A DNA stretch of 64,000 bases from Desulfobacterales bacterium (GTDB taxonomy: Bacteria; Desulfobacterota; Desulfobacteria; Desulfobacterales; UBA2245): positions 1 through 64,000 of the forward strand of contig JAXGZF010000006.1 of NCBI GenBank assembly GCA_040771865.1. Reading direction: 5' to 3'. Shown here one piece after another: positions 39,254 through 49,835 of this stretch. The notes below the pieces were generated by a model that worked only from the letters and a program-made list of their open reading frames with translations, made no database searches and was not told the origin of the DNA. The translations under genes were made by a program, and so were the position numbers. The number at the start of each line of letters is the position of its first letter. Within the stretch, counting starts at the first letter, position 1.

Positions 39254-41443
39254 ATGAGCGTTGTAACTGAAAAACCCATTACCATCGCACTGGCTGGAAA
39301 TCCGAATTCCGGCAAGACGACCGTATTCAACAATCTCACCGGAACCCGGCAGAAAGTGGGTAACTGGCCGGGGGTTACGGTTGAAAAAAAAGAGGGGGTT
39401 ATCCGCTGGTCCGGCCGCGAGATAGTGATTGTGGATTTGCCGGGAACCTACAGCCTGACCCCTTACTCCATTGAAGAAATCGTGGCACGGGATTTCGTGC
39501 TGAATGAATCTCCCGATGTGATCGTGGACATCATTGATACATCCAACCTTGAGCGCAGTCTTTATCTGGCTGTCCAGCTGAGAGAAATCAACCGCAAGGT
39601 TGTGTTTGCCTTGAACATGGCCGATCTGGCGCGCAGCCGGGGAATCAAAATCGATGCCGAGAAACTTTCCGAACTCTTGGATGTTCCGGTGGTATTTACG
39701 GTCGGCAACAAGAACGAAGGTATGGAAAAGCTGATGAAAACCGCCGTAGAACTGGCGGAGTCAAAGACCCCGATAGCAGAAAACCGCAGAGTCCGATACA
39801 GCGCCGACATTGAGGAAGCCATAGGGGAACTTCAGGCGGAAATCCAAAAGCATGCAACCGCGGCATTTCCGTATCATTCCCGCTGGACGGCGATCAAGCT
39901 TCTGGAAAATGACGAGGTGATAAGTGAGCGGGTTCTAGAAAAACTGGAAACATTCGGCGAGGAGATTCTCCATACAGCCGGAAAGTTGAGAAAACAGCTG
40001 GCGGACCAGTTCAATGATGAGCCCGAGATTCTGCTGACCGACGAACGCTTCGGTTTTATCGCCGGCATCGTCAAGGAGGTGCTGACTACGACCACCCGGC
40101 AGCGAGTGGATATTTCCCGGAACATTGATCTGGTGCTGACCAATCGATTTTTCGGTTTTCCGATTTTCATCCTTTTTATATGGGCCATGTTCCAGCTGAC
40201 CTTTACCGTGGGAGACTACCCCAAGGCGTGGATCGAAAGCGGCGTGGAGTTATTGTCGGCATCTTTGAACGCAGTTCTTCCCGACGGTTTGTTCAAGGAG
40301 ATGCTGCTCGACGGAGTGATCGCAGGGGTGGGAAGCGTGGTTGTTTTTTTGCCCAACATCCTGCTACTTTTCTTTTGCATCTCGCTTTTTGAGGATACGG
40401 GATACATGGCCAGAGCCGCGTTTCTGATGGACAAGGTCATGCACCTGATCGGTCTGCACGGAAAATCCTTTATTCCCATGCTGATGGGATTCGGATGCAG
40501 CGTGCCGGCCATTATGGCCACCCGCACCCTGGAAAGCGAAAAGGACCGGATTCTGACTATTTTGATTACGCCATTCATGTCCTGTTCGGCCCGCCTCCCC
40601 ATTTACATCGTGCTGGCAGGAACATTTTTTGCCGCCAAGGCCGGAACTGTGATTTTTTCCATTTATATGCTGGGAATCATTATGGCTGTTGTGTCCGGCC
40701 GACTTTTTCGATCCATCCTATTAAAGGGGCAGGACGCTCCCTTTGTGATGGAGCTTCCTCCTTATCGAATTCCCATGCTCAAAAGCCTTATGATTCACAT
40801 GTGGGACCGTGGCAAGATGTTTTTGAAAAAGATGGGCGGGGTGATTCTGATCGGCTCCATCGTGGTGTGGTTCCTTTCCGCCTTTCCCAGAAACATCGAA
40901 TACTCAAGGGACTATGAGGGCGAGATTCATCGGATTTCGGAATATTTCGAGCGCGAAATTTCAACGGCGGATTCCCGGCGGCAAAAGGAGCTTTCAGAGA
41001 ACCTGGAGGTTGAGCTTAGCGTTTTGCTGGCAGAAAAGAATGCCGAAAAAGCCGAAAAATCCTTTATGGGGCGGATCGGCAAAATAATTGAACCGGCTTT
41101 TTCTCCGATCGGAATCGACTGGCGGGGAAGCATTGCGCTGATGACCGGTTTTGTGGCCAAGGAAATCGTTGTCAGCACTCTGGGAATTTTGTATGCGGTG
41201 GAAAGCAGATCTGCCGAGGCCTTGCAGCAGGCGTTAAAAAATTCAGGAATGACCGTTCTGTCCGCGTTTTCCATGATGGTTTTTGTGCTGTTTTATCTGC
41301 CGTGCCTGGCCACTGTGACCACCATTCGAAAGGAAACCAACTCATTCAAATGGATGGCGTTCAGCATTGCCTACAGCACCGGAATTGCGTGGCTGGCTGC
41401 TTTTGGGGTCTATCAGGGAGGTCTGCTTTTGGGGTTGAAATAG
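39254..41443 (+). CDS. feoB: Ferrous iron transport protein B
   Basis: GNPNSGKT, NWPGVTVE, DLPG, GFGCSVP, MSCSAR, PC.A. Confidence 0.97.
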   Translation: MSVVTEKPITIALAGNPNSGKTTVFNNLTGTRQKVGNWPGVTVEKKEGVIRWSGREIVIVDLPGTYSLTPYSIEEIVARDFVLNESPDVIVDIIDTSNLERSLYLAVQLREINRKVVFALNMADLARSRGIKIDAEKLSELLDVPVVFTVGNKNEGMEKLMKTAVELAESKTPIAENRRVRYSADIEEAIGELQAEIQKHATAAFPYHSRWTAIKLLENDEVISERVLEKLETFGEEILHTAGKLRKQLADQFNDEPEILLTDERFGFIAGIVKEVLTTTTRQRVDISRNIDLVLTNRFFGFPIFILFIWAMFQLTFTVGDYPKAWIESGVELLSASLNAVLPDGLFKEMLLDGVIAGVGSVVVFLPNILLLFFCISLFEDTGYMARAAFLMDKVMHLIGLHGKSFIPMLMGFGCSVPAIMATRTLESEKDRILTILITPFMSCSARLPIYIVLAGTFFAAKAGTVIFSIYMLGIIMAVVSGRLFRSILLKGQDAPFVMELPPYRIPMLKSLMIHMWDRGKMFLKKMGGVILIGSIVVWFLSAFPRNIEYSRDYEGEIHRISEYFEREISTADSRRQKELSENLEVELSVLLAEKNAEKAEKSFMGRIGKIIEPAFSPIGIDWRGSIALMTGFVAKEIVVSTLGILYAVESRSAEALQQALKNSGMTVLSAFSMMVFVLFYLPCLATVTTIRKETNSFKWMAFSIAYSTGIAWLAAFGVYQGGLLLGLK

Positions 41444-41458
41444 GCGCATGAGACCATT

Positions 41459-42400
41459 ATGAATCAACGGCAACAATTCAGGAAACCCGCAGAGGAACCG
41501 GCTTACCTGAAAAGTCATCGATCGGGTTTGCTTCGGGAAAAGATCAGATCCGCATATAAAATGCTTGCATACTGCACCCTCTGCCCGCGCCGGTGCGGCG
41601 CGAACCGGCTTGCCGGGGAAAAAGGGGTCTGCCGGACGGGAAAACGGGCCGAGGTATCCAGTTATCAGCCGCATTTTGGCGAAGAAGCCCCTCTGGTCGG
41701 CGTTCACGGTTCCGGAACGATTTTTTTTACACACTGCAACCTGTTCTGCATTTTTTGCCAGAACTATGAGATCAGCCATCAGGGAATCGGAGAACCGGTA
41801 TCCGGACGACAACTGGCTGAAATGATGATTCGGCTTCAGGAAAGAGGGTGTCACAACATCAATCTGGTCACTCCCTCTCACGTGGTGCCGCAGATTCTTT
41901 TGGCGGTAGAAATTGCTTCAAAAAACGGACTTTGCGTGCCCCTGATATACAACTCGAGCGGATATGATTCGATAGAGACCTTAAGGCTTCTGAATGGCAT
42001 TATCGATATTTACATGCCGGACTTTAAGTTCTGGGATTCGAAGGTTTCCGAAGAAGCCTGCAAAGCAGGAGATTACCCTCAAGTCGCGCGCCGGGCGTTG
42101 ATCGAAATGCACCGGCAGGTCGGGGATCTGGTTGTGGATGCTTCCGGAATAGCTGTTCGGGGGCTTCTGATCCGGCATCTGGTGCTTCCCGGCGGGCTCG
42201 CAGGAACACGTTCCGTGATGAATTTTATTGCTGAAAACATTTCACCGAACACCTATGTGAATATTATGGCTCAGTATCGCCCCTGCTGGCGGGCGGATGA
42301 AATCGAAGCGCTTTCCGGACCTGTTTCCCGAAAGGATTACGCGGAAGCGCTGAAGGCGGCCCGTGAGGAAGGCATTGTCCGGCTCGACATTCAAAGATGA
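41459..42400 (+). CDS. PflX-like radical SAM protein
   Basis: CTLCPRRC, HFGEE, CNLFCIFCQN, YMPDFK, IRHLVLP. Confidence 0.9.
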   Translation: MNQRQQFRKPAEEPAYLKSHRSGLLREKIRSAYKMLAYCTLCPRRCGANRLAGEKGVCRTGKRAEVSSYQPHFGEEAPLVGVHGSGTIFFTHCNLFCIFCQNYEISHQGIGEPVSGRQLAEMMIRLQERGCHNINLVTPSHVVPQILLAVEIASKNGLCVPLIYNSSGYDSIETLRLLNGIIDIYMPDFKFWDSKVSEEACKAGDYPQVARRALIEMHRQVGDLVVDASGIAVRGLLIRHLVLPGGLAGTRSVMNFIAENISPNTYVNIMAQYRPCWRADEIEALSGPVSRKDYAEALKAAREEGIVRLDIQR

Positions 42401-42411
42401 CGGGTGAAGGA

Positions 42412-42837
42412 ATGAAACATGTAATGATAATCTTGGCTGTTTTGTTGCTTGCTCAATCGGCCATGGCAGAGCGATTGGCGGTAAAAGCGAAGGTTGGAAA
42501 TGTTCGATCAGGTCCTGGACAGCAATACGAGGTTCTGTGGAATGTAGAACAGAACCATCCAGTTGAGATAATTGAAAAAAAGGGGGAATGGCGCCGTTTT
42601 CGAGACTTTGAGGGGGATCAGGGCTGGATTCATCGTGATGTTGTCGGGAAACTCGACGCGGTTATCACCGTACAAGACAAATGCAACATTCGGTCAGGTC
42701 CCGGGACAGACTTCGAGGTGGTTTTTTCCGTTGAAAAGGGAATTCCTTTCAAGGTTTCGGATCGAAAGGGTGACTGGCTGAGAGTGGAACATGCCGACGG
42801 CGATAAGGGGTGGATTCACCGGTCGTTGGTTTGGTAG
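42412..42837 (+). CDS. Exported tandem bacterial SH3 domain protein
   Basis: Signal peptide; two NxRSGPG...GWIHR repeats. Confidence 0.88.
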   Translation: MKHVMIILAVLLLAQSAMAERLAVKAKVGNVRSGPGQQYEVLWNVEQNHPVEIIEKKGEWRRFRDFEGDQGWIHRDVVGKLDAVITVQDKCNIRSGPGTDFEVVFSVEKGIPFKVSDRKGDWLRVEHADGDKGWIHRSLVW

Positions 42838-42886
42838 GATTCAGCTGTGCAGGGCTGATTTCAATTTATCTATCCAGAAAGAAAGA

Positions 42887-43570
42887 ATGGAAAGAAAGCA
42901 TATGGGACAAAAGGATTTTCTCAAAGAACCCGATAAAATCGTAACATTTTCAAACACCATGCTGCAGGTTATTTTGCGGTATAAAAAGCATATTATCGGG
43001 GGCATATGCGTTGTGATCGCCGCAGTATCGCTGTGGGCGGCAAATTCTTATTTTTCGGGCAAGGCTGAAGCCAGGGCGCTTGATGCAATATACGGAGTGT
43101 TTTCAAGATATCAGGTTGTTGCCCGCGAGGCCGGACCTGCGGCCGCATACAATGCGGTGAAAAAGGATTTTGAACAGGTATTGGATCAATATTCGGGCAG
43201 AAAGGCGGTCCGGATAGCACGGGTTATTTATGCGGGCATCTGTTATGATTCCAGTCAGCTTGATCAGGCGCTTGAATTGTATCAAAAGGCTTTGAACGAT
43301 TTCGAACAGGAGCCTTATAAAAGCATGATTTTGAGCGGAATCGCCTACAGCTTCGAGGCGAAAAAGGATTATAAAAACGCGGCGGCCCATTTTGAAAGGA
43401 TCGTCTCCGAAGGCGGCGCTCTGATGAAATCCGAAGCCCTGTTCGGCCTTGGACGGCTTTACGAACTGGCTGGAGATATGGAAAAAAGCCGAAGCGCCTA
43501 TCAGAGACTGGTTTCGGATGATCCGGAATCCATATATGTTGAAGCGGCCAGGGAAAAAATATCCGGGTAG
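42887..43570 (+). CDS. Membrane-anchored TPR protein (YfgM-like)
   Basis: One TM helix followed by TPR-like repeats. Confidence 0.75.
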   Translation: MERKHMGQKDFLKEPDKIVTFSNTMLQVILRYKKHIIGGICVVIAAVSLWAANSYFSGKAEARALDAIYGVFSRYQVVAREAGPAAAYNAVKKDFEQVLDQYSGRKAVRIARVIYAGICYDSSQLDQALELYQKALNDFEQEPYKSMILSGIAYSFEAKKDYKNAAAHFERIVSEGGALMKSEALFGLGRLYELAGDMEKSRSAYQRLVSDDPESIYVEAAREKISG

Positions 43571-43611
43571 GCCCGGATCGATCCGGCGTGAGCCATAATG
43601 AGGGTATTCGG

Positions 43612-44982
43612 TTATTCGTCCAGCTTATATTTTTTGAGTTTCTGGTTCAGGCCGCTCTTCCCGATTCCCAAAAGCGCCGCAGCATGAGCCTGAACATTGT
43701 CTGAAATTTTCAGGGCTCTTTCGATCATCTTTTTTTCCACCATGGCCAGGGTGTCATAGAGATTGGCATCGGCTGGTATGCCCTCTATGTGCAGGGAGTT
43801 GTAAGCATTGTCTTTAAACTCTTTCGGAAGATCCGAAACCTGAATCGTATTTCCCGGACACATGATCATGGCCCGCTCGATCACGTTTTCCAGCTCACGG
43901 ACATTGCCGGGCCACTGGTAATCAAAAAACAGCCGTTCAACTTCCTCGCTGACGCCGGTCACTGGAACCGAGGCTCTGCGTTCGTGGTCGTATTTACGGA
44001 TAAAGTGATCCATCAGAGGCCGGATGTCTTCCGGACGTTCCCTGAGACTGGGCAATACGATATGAATCACGTTTAAACGGTAAAAAAGATCTTCACGGAA
44101 ATGACCCCTGGCCACCTCTTCTTTGAGCACCTTATTGGTGGCGGCGATAATGCGGATGTCAACGGAAATCGGCTTTTCGCCGCCCACTCTTTCAAATCTT
44201 CTTTCCTGAAGCACGCGTAACAGTTTTACCTGAAGGCTGGCGGAGAGTTCGCCGATTTCGTCCAGAAAGAGCGTTCCCTGATCGGCGAGCTCGAAGCGGC
44301 CTTTTTTGAGGGCCGTTGCCCCGGTAAAGGCCCCTTTTTCGTGTCCGAACAGTTCGCTTTCCAGAAGTGTTTCCGCAAATGCAGCGCAGTTGGCCGCGAT
44401 AAAGGGCTTTTCTCTCCTGGCACTGTTGTAATGTATGGATTGAGCCACCAGTTCCTTGCCGGTGCCATTGGCGCCCTCGATGAGAACGGTCGCCGCGCTG
44501 GGTGCCACCTTCCGAATGATTTGAAACACATCCTGCATGGCTTTGCTTTTTCCGATGATGTTGTCAAAACGGAACCGTGCCTCCGCCTCGCTGCGAAGCC
44601 GAGTGTTCTCCTGGGCCATGTGGTGCATTTCCAGCGCTTTATTCACGTAAATTACCAGCCTTGCGTTGTCAAAGGGCTTGGTAATATAATTAAAAGCGCC
44701 AAGCTGCATTGCTTCGACCGCCTTTTCCACGGTACCGTATGCGGTCATCATGATTACCGGAACCGTCGGGTATTTTTCCTTGATATGCCGCAGCAATTCA
44801 ATACCGTCCATCACCGGCATTTTCATGTCTGTAATCACCAGATTCACGTCGAATTCAGCCAGCGTCTCAAGAGCCTCCTGCCCGGTGTTGGCCGTAAGCG
44901 TTTCAAAGCCTTCGTCCTGCAATACGGCGCTGAGAATCAGCGTGTAATTTTTTTCGTCATCAACGATCAGAATGGTGTCCAT
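43612..44982 (-). CDS. Sigma54-dependent response regulator (NtrC family)
   Basis: ILIVDDE, DMKMP, GTGKE, ESELFGHEKGAFTGA, WPGNVREL, Fis-type HTH. Confidence 0.96.
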   Translation of the reverse strand: MDTILIVDDEKNYTLILSAVLQDEGFETLTANTGQEALETLAEFDVNLVITDMKMPVMDGIELLRHIKEKYPTVPVIMMTAYGTVEKAVEAMQLGAFNYITKPFDNARLVIYVNKALEMHHMAQENTRLRSEAEARFRFDNIIGKSKAMQDVFQIIRKVAPSAATVLIEGANGTGKELVAQSIHYNSARREKPFIAANCAAFAETLLESELFGHEKGAFTGATALKKGRFELADQGTLFLDEIGELSASLQVKLLRVLQERRFERVGGEKPISVDIRIIAATNKVLKEEVARGHFREDLFYRLNVIHIVLPSLRERPEDIRPLMDHFIRKYDHERRASVPVTGVSEEVERLFFDYQWPGNVRELENVIERAMIMCPGNTIQVSDLPKEFKDNAYNSLHIEGIPADANLYDTLAMVEKKMIERALKISDNVQAHAAALLGIGKSGLNQKLKKYKLDE

Positions 44983-46423
44983 GATCAGAACTTTCCTGTG
45001 TGACGGGCAATTCAATGGCGACCCTGGCGCCCCCGTCCGGGAGGTTTTTGATGCAGACTTTTCCGCAATGCGATTCGATGATTTTTTTTACGATACTCAA
45101 ACCCAGCCCCGTTCCTTTTTCCTTGGTGGTAACAAAAGGATCCCAGATTTTTTCGGCGAAATCTTCAGGAACGCCATGGCCCTGGTCGTCAAAACATATC
45201 GTAACCCGGTCCGAAACGCTGTTCAGGGCGATTCGTATTTCTCCGCCGCCAGGCATTGCCTGAACCGCATTGATCAGTATATTCAAAAAAGCCTGATAAA
45301 GCATGTCGGGGTCAGCGCTGACTTCCGGCAGATTTTCAGGCGCTTCCTTCCGAAGTGTAAATTTGTCCAGCCGGCTGTCGGTTAGCAGAAAGTTTATATT
45401 TTTGTCGATGATGTCCCGGATATTGCAGGGAACAAAATGCGGCGTTCTCGGTCTGGCATAATTTAAAAAATCCGTAATAATATTGTCCAGTCGCCGGGCC
45501 TCTTCCACGATAACATCGGGTATGGGGCTTGACGGATCCAGCAGGGTCATTTTCTTTTTCAACAGTTCTGCGGAACTTTTGATGATGCCCAGAGGATTGC
45601 GTATCTCATGCGAGACACCCGCCATCATCTCCCCGATGGAAGACAGATGAAGGGCGCGGTTCAGGTCTTCTTTCAGTCTCAGCCGTTCCTGCGCGCGTCT
45701 TTCAATGATTCCCTCTCCCCTCTTGACGACAAAAATCAGCGCGATGAAGACGATTCCCATAACCGCCGCACAGGTGATGATGACGCGTATTTGAAAGAAA
45801 AATATGGTTTCAAAATCTTCGGAAATATCCTGAACGATTTCGACGATGCCAAGAACGGGGCCGGAAATGATGGCCATCGGTTTTTCAGCACGAAGCGGGG
45901 CAAGGGCGATCAGCTTGCTTTCCTTGGGAAATCCAATCAGAATATTCCACCAGCTTCCCCGCTGAAACAGCTTGAAGTTGGAACGTCCTTCCAGCGCCTC
46001 CCGATATCCGGATCCTCCGAGGTCTTTCTGGCCAACCAGTTCCGGATCAAAGCTATAGGAAACCGTGTTGTTGGTGTCGTAAATCGTAACCAGATCCACC
46101 TGAAAACTGTGCAGCGTGCTGCGAATGACCTTGTCCATCCGTTCAGCCTGCTCTTCCTGTCTCAACTGAATTTTACCGTATTTTAAAGCGACCGGAATGA
46201 CAAACTGAAGAAAAATCTGGTGATTCAGGTTTTCCACCAGCGCCAGCGCGTAAGCCTCGCGTTTCTGTAAAAGCAGGGTCCTCGCGCCATAGGTGTTGAT
46301 CATGGACAGTAAGAGCGTACCCAAAAAGATCAACGCCATGCTGGTGAAGGTAAAATACTTGACAAGTCGAAAGGGTTTTATTTTTTCTTCAGCGAGCTTT
46401 TGATTTGTGGTCGAAGCGGACAT
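44960..46423 (-). CDS. Membrane sensor histidine kinase
   Basis: Two TM helices, SHEIRNPL, NAVQA, DQGHG, GTGLGL. Confidence 0.94.
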   Translation of the reverse strand: MSASTTNQKLAEEKIKPFRLVKYFTFTSMALIFLGTLLLSMINTYGARTLLLQKREAYALALVENLNHQIFLQFVIPVALKYGKIQLRQEEQAERMDKVIRSTLHSFQVDLVTIYDTNNTVSYSFDPELVGQKDLGGSGYREALEGRSNFKLFQRGSWWNILIGFPKESKLIALAPLRAEKPMAIISGPVLGIVEIVQDISEDFETIFFFQIRVIITCAAVMGIVFIALIFVVKRGEGIIERRAQERLRLKEDLNRALHLSSIGEMMAGVSHEIRNPLGIIKSSAELLKKKMTLLDPSSPIPDVIVEEARRLDNIITDFLNYARPRTPHFVPCNIRDIIDKNINFLLTDSRLDKFTLRKEAPENLPEVSADPDMLYQAFLNILINAVQAMPGGGEIRIALNSVSDRVTICFDDQGHGVPEDFAEKIWDPFVTTKEKGTGLGLSIVKKIIESHCGKVCIKNLPDGGARVAIELPVTQESSDHGHHSDR

Positions 46424-46475
46424 ATGCTCCCGGTGTTCATCAAAACCGACTTTTTCAACAGATCAAACGCCTCAA

Positions 46476-47969
46476 TTATTTAGGAATGGGAACGTTGAAC
46501 AAAAGAGTTTTTATATCTTCATCGGAAAAGCTGATGCCTGCGCCGATGAAAAAGGATTCATCTCCTTCTTCGCTGATGAAATCGTCGAATCCGGCCGTCA
46601 GGTAAATATGCTGAAACGGTATATAGTCGGCCTTGAATTTTAAGTGAGGATTCGTGTCTGCGTCAAAATCAAACGCCTCGAAGGAAAACATCAATCGGTC
46701 ATTGTACATATAGTAATCAACGCCCACTCCGCCGGTGGATTCAAAAAGACCCCCGCGGAATGCAATATCGTAGTAGCGCTTGGCGATTTGGGCGGAAAAT
46801 TTCAGCTCGTCCTTTTCAACCTCGATGATCTGCTCATGATGAACGTCGCCGTCAAGAGTGCGGGTATACTCGGTTGTGGATTTTTTTCCGCGGGGATCAT
46901 CCACGACCTGCAGAAGATAGTACTTGTCCTCACGGGGTTGAATTCGCAAGGAAAGATAGGATTTGGCTTCTTCGCTTTCGAACAGATATTCTCCGCGGTA
47001 GTCGAGAAAGGTTCGATAGGCATCCTGTTTTTTGATGTAGTCGTTGATTCCTGTCAGTGCGTCGTTCAGATTGTCGACCGTTTGATCATCGTTGACGAGT
47101 TTGCCGATGGAGCCTTCGCCCTTGTTGATTTTTTCCGTGACGCCTTTCAAGGACGCAAGCGCGTCATTCAGATTTCTGACGGTTTGATCGTCATTGATCA
47201 ACTGGCCGATGCTTCCCTTGCCCTCATTGACTTTGACCGTAATTTCGTGAAGACCGGTGATCAGGGTTTCGAGATTTTCGGAGGCTCTTCGAACGTTATC
47301 AACGATGCTTCGAATGTCGTCCGTGTTCGCGTTCCCGATTTCTTTGAGCCGTTCGGAGAATATGGTGAAATTGCCGACGATGGTGGATATGTCCTCGTTG
47401 TTTTTCTGAACGATGTCGTTGAGGGTCTGCGCCATTTCCTGGACGTTGTCAAGAATCTGTTTGATGGAACGCTCACCCTCCTCCCCGCCGAGCACATTGG
47501 AGAGCGACTGGCTCAGACTTTTGATGTCTTGAGCCACGGAACCCAGCACATTCAGCAGGCTGTCAATGTCGGTGGTCGGGATGGTCTGGGTAATGTGTCC
47601 GCCGGGCTCGATCAACGGCGCTGCATCGGAACCCGGAATCAGCTCGATATATTTGTCTCCCAGAATTCCCTTGGTTCGTATGATCGCTTTGGCATCCTTG
47701 GTCAGCTGGATTTCGGGGCGCATCTTCAGGGTCACCATGGCACGGTTTGCTTCCAATGCAATATTTCGGACGCGTCCGACTTCCACGCCCGCGATCTCCA
47801 CCGGCACATCCAGCGCAAGACCGGCAACGGAATCGAAATAGACAACAAGGTTGTAACCGGCTTCTTTGGTGAAGCTGAACTTGCCAACCCGCATCGCCAT
47901 GTATCCCAAGATAATGATGCTTATAACGACAAGGATGCCGACCTTTGCCTCATTGCTGAATTTTTCCAT
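46476..47969 (-). CDS. mlaD: MlaD/MCE-domain protein with coiled-coil extension
   Basis: VAGL...V.IAGVEVGRV, GILGDKYIEL.PG. Confidence 0.88.
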   Translation of the reverse strand: MEKFSNEAKVGILVVISIIILGYMAMRVGKFSFTKEAGYNLVVYFDSVAGLALDVPVEIAGVEVGRVRNIALEANRAMVTLKMRPEIQLTKDAKAIIRTKGILGDKYIELIPGSDAAPLIEPGGHITQTIPTTDIDSLLNVLGSVAQDIKSLSQSLSNVLGGEEGERSIKQILDNVQEMAQTLNDIVQKNNEDISTIVGNFTIFSERLKEIGNANTDDIRSIVDNVRRASENLETLITGLHEITVKVNEGKGSIGQLINDDQTVRNLNDALASLKGVTEKINKGEGSIGKLVNDDQTVDNLNDALTGINDYIKKQDAYRTFLDYRGEYLFESEEAKSYLSLRIQPREDKYYLLQVVDDPRGKKSTTEYTRTLDGDVHHEQIIEVEKDELKFSAQIAKRYYDIAFRGGLFESTGGVGVDYYMYNDRLMFSFEAFDFDADTNPHLKFKADYIPFQHIYLTAGFDDFISEEGDESFFIGAGISFSDEDIKTLLFNVPIPK

Positions 47970-48022
47970 AATTAAACTTCGCTGCGTTTTGTGACTTTCG
48001 CCGGGTGACGGGCGCCGGCTTT

Positions 48023-48751
48023 CTATATGGATTTTCCCTCAATAAAATTTTGAACCACCGGGTTTGTTGAAGACCTTACTTCATCCGGGGTCCCCATTTC
48101 AATGATTTTTCCCTGGTACAGCATGGCTATTTTGTTCGCGATCTTGAACGTGGAGGGAATGTCATGGCTGATAATGACGCAGGTTGCCTCCGTTTGCTTC
48201 TGGGTTTCAACGATCAGCCGGTCAATTGCGTCGCACATAACCGGATCGAGACCGGTGGTCGGTTCATCAAAGAGAATGATTTCAGGATCCAGCGCAATGG
48301 CGCGCGCCAAACCCACCCGTTTGCGCATTCCGCCGGAAAGTTCGGACGGCATTTTGTGCGATACGTTTTTCAGGCCCACGCGAAGAAGTTTTTCTTCGGC
48401 AATTTTCATGATTTCCTTGCGAGGCAGCCTCGTGTGCTCGATCAGAGGAAAGGCGACATTTTCGCCGACGTTCATCGAATCAAACAGCGCCGCAGCCTGA
48501 AACAGCATGCCGAATTTTTTTCGAATATCATTGAGCTTTTTGTCGTCCAGAGAAACGATGTCTATGCCGTTTACATAGATATGTCCCGAATCCGGTCTGA
48601 TCAGACCGATCATATGTTTTAAGAGAACGCTTTTGCCGCCGCCGCTCTGGCCGATGATAACGGTAATTTTGCCTTTTTCGATTTCAAGGTCCAGATGATC
48701 GAGGACAACCTGTCCTTTGAATGCTTTTGAAACCTGTTCGAGTCGGATCAT
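48023..48751 (-). CDS. mlaF: MlaF-type ABC ATPase
   Basis: GQSGGGKS, LSGGMRKRVGLARA, DEPTTGLDP. Confidence 0.92.
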   Translation of the reverse strand: MIRLEQVSKAFKGQVVLDHLDLEIEKGKITVIIGQSGGGKSVLLKHMIGLIRPDSGHIYVNGIDIVSLDDKKLNDIRKKFGMLFQAAALFDSMNVGENVAFPLIEHTRLPRKEIMKIAEEKLLRVGLKNVSHKMPSELSGGMRKRVGLARAIALDPEIILFDEPTTGLDPVMCDAIDRLIVETQKQTEATCVIISHDIPSTFKIANKIAMLYQGKIIEMGTPDEVRSSTNPVVQNFIEGKSI

Positions 48752-49521
48752 CAGAACATCAACGCGGTGAGAATGTAATCGCTGATTAAAATGGAAACCG
48801 AAGCGTAAACAACCGCTTCGGTGGTGGCTTTTCCGACTCCCTCCGCACCGCCGGTGGTATAAAACCCTTTGTAAGTGCCGATCAGAGAAAGGATCAGCCC
48901 AAAGAACGCCGATTTGATAAGCCCGTTCGTTATATCGTCCATATCCACGAATTCGACGATTCTGGCCATGAAAATTCCGGAATTGATTCCCAGAAGATGG
49001 ACGCCTACAAAATATCCTCCCACAACGCCGATAAAATCGGCAAGAATGGTTAATATCGGAACCATTAAAACCGCTGCCATTATTCTTGGCACGATCAGGT
49101 ACTGGACGGGATTGACGGACATGGTATAAAGTGCGTCCACCTGCTCCGTCACTTTCATAGTTCCAAGTTCTGCGGCCATGGCCGATCCGGCCCTGCCCGT
49201 CACCATCAGCGCTGTAAATACCGGGCCGAGTTCGCGCGTCAGAGACAGGGCGACCGTTGCGCCCACGAGGCTCTCTCCGCCGAACATTCTGAAACCGTAA
49301 TAGGTTTGAAGCGCAAGGACCATTCCGGCAAAGGCGGCGGTAATCATCACGACCGAAAGCGATTGAACGCCGACAAACTCCATCTGCTTGGCTATCAGGC
49401 GCAGGCGCAGGGGGGGGCGCACCAGCCAGGTCAGGGCGGAAAGGAAAAGCAGCATAATTTTACCGGATTCCTCAATGAAGAGCTTGATGGGTCGTCCGGC
49501 GAGTTCAAGAAAGTATATCAT
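48751..49521 (-). CDS. mlaE: MlaE-type ABC permease
   Basis: RELGPV, GSAMAAELGTMKVTEQVDA, GAEGVG.ATT. Confidence 0.94.
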   Translation of the reverse strand: MIYFLELAGRPIKLFIEESGKIMLLFLSALTWLVRPPLRLRLIAKQMEFVGVQSLSVVMITAAFAGMVLALQTYYGFRMFGGESLVGATVALSLTRELGPVFTALMVTGRAGSAMAAELGTMKVTEQVDALYTMSVNPVQYLIVPRIMAAVLMVPILTILADFIGVVGGYFVGVHLLGINSGIFMARIVEFVDMDDITNGLIKSAFFGLILSLIGTYKGFYTTGGAEGVGKATTEAVVYASVSILISDYILTALMF

Positions 49522-49835
49522 TCGATGTTAACAAAAACGGTAATTTAGATTTTGGTTTTCGAATCTCAATATATTTTAATTCAAATTTGCTATAGGAAAT
49601 GTTTCCGGCAAAGTCAAGGACAAGCGCTTTCCAGACAGCGCGATTGCGTATCCTGAATGGCGGGGCTTTGATTTCGCCTTGCGGCGGGTCCGAAAATATA
49701 ATAAAGATGATCGATCATTTCAACAGCCTGTTAAAGCGGTTGAAAACAGCGTTGCGGGTTTACCCGTGGATGGATAATTGTTTTACCTGAAACTAAGAGG
49801 ATAAAAATTCCGGAGTTGCTCCAGAATATCATTTC

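Noticed and set aside
46644..47975. 443-aa + strand ORF
   Set aside because: Antisense shadow of mlaD.
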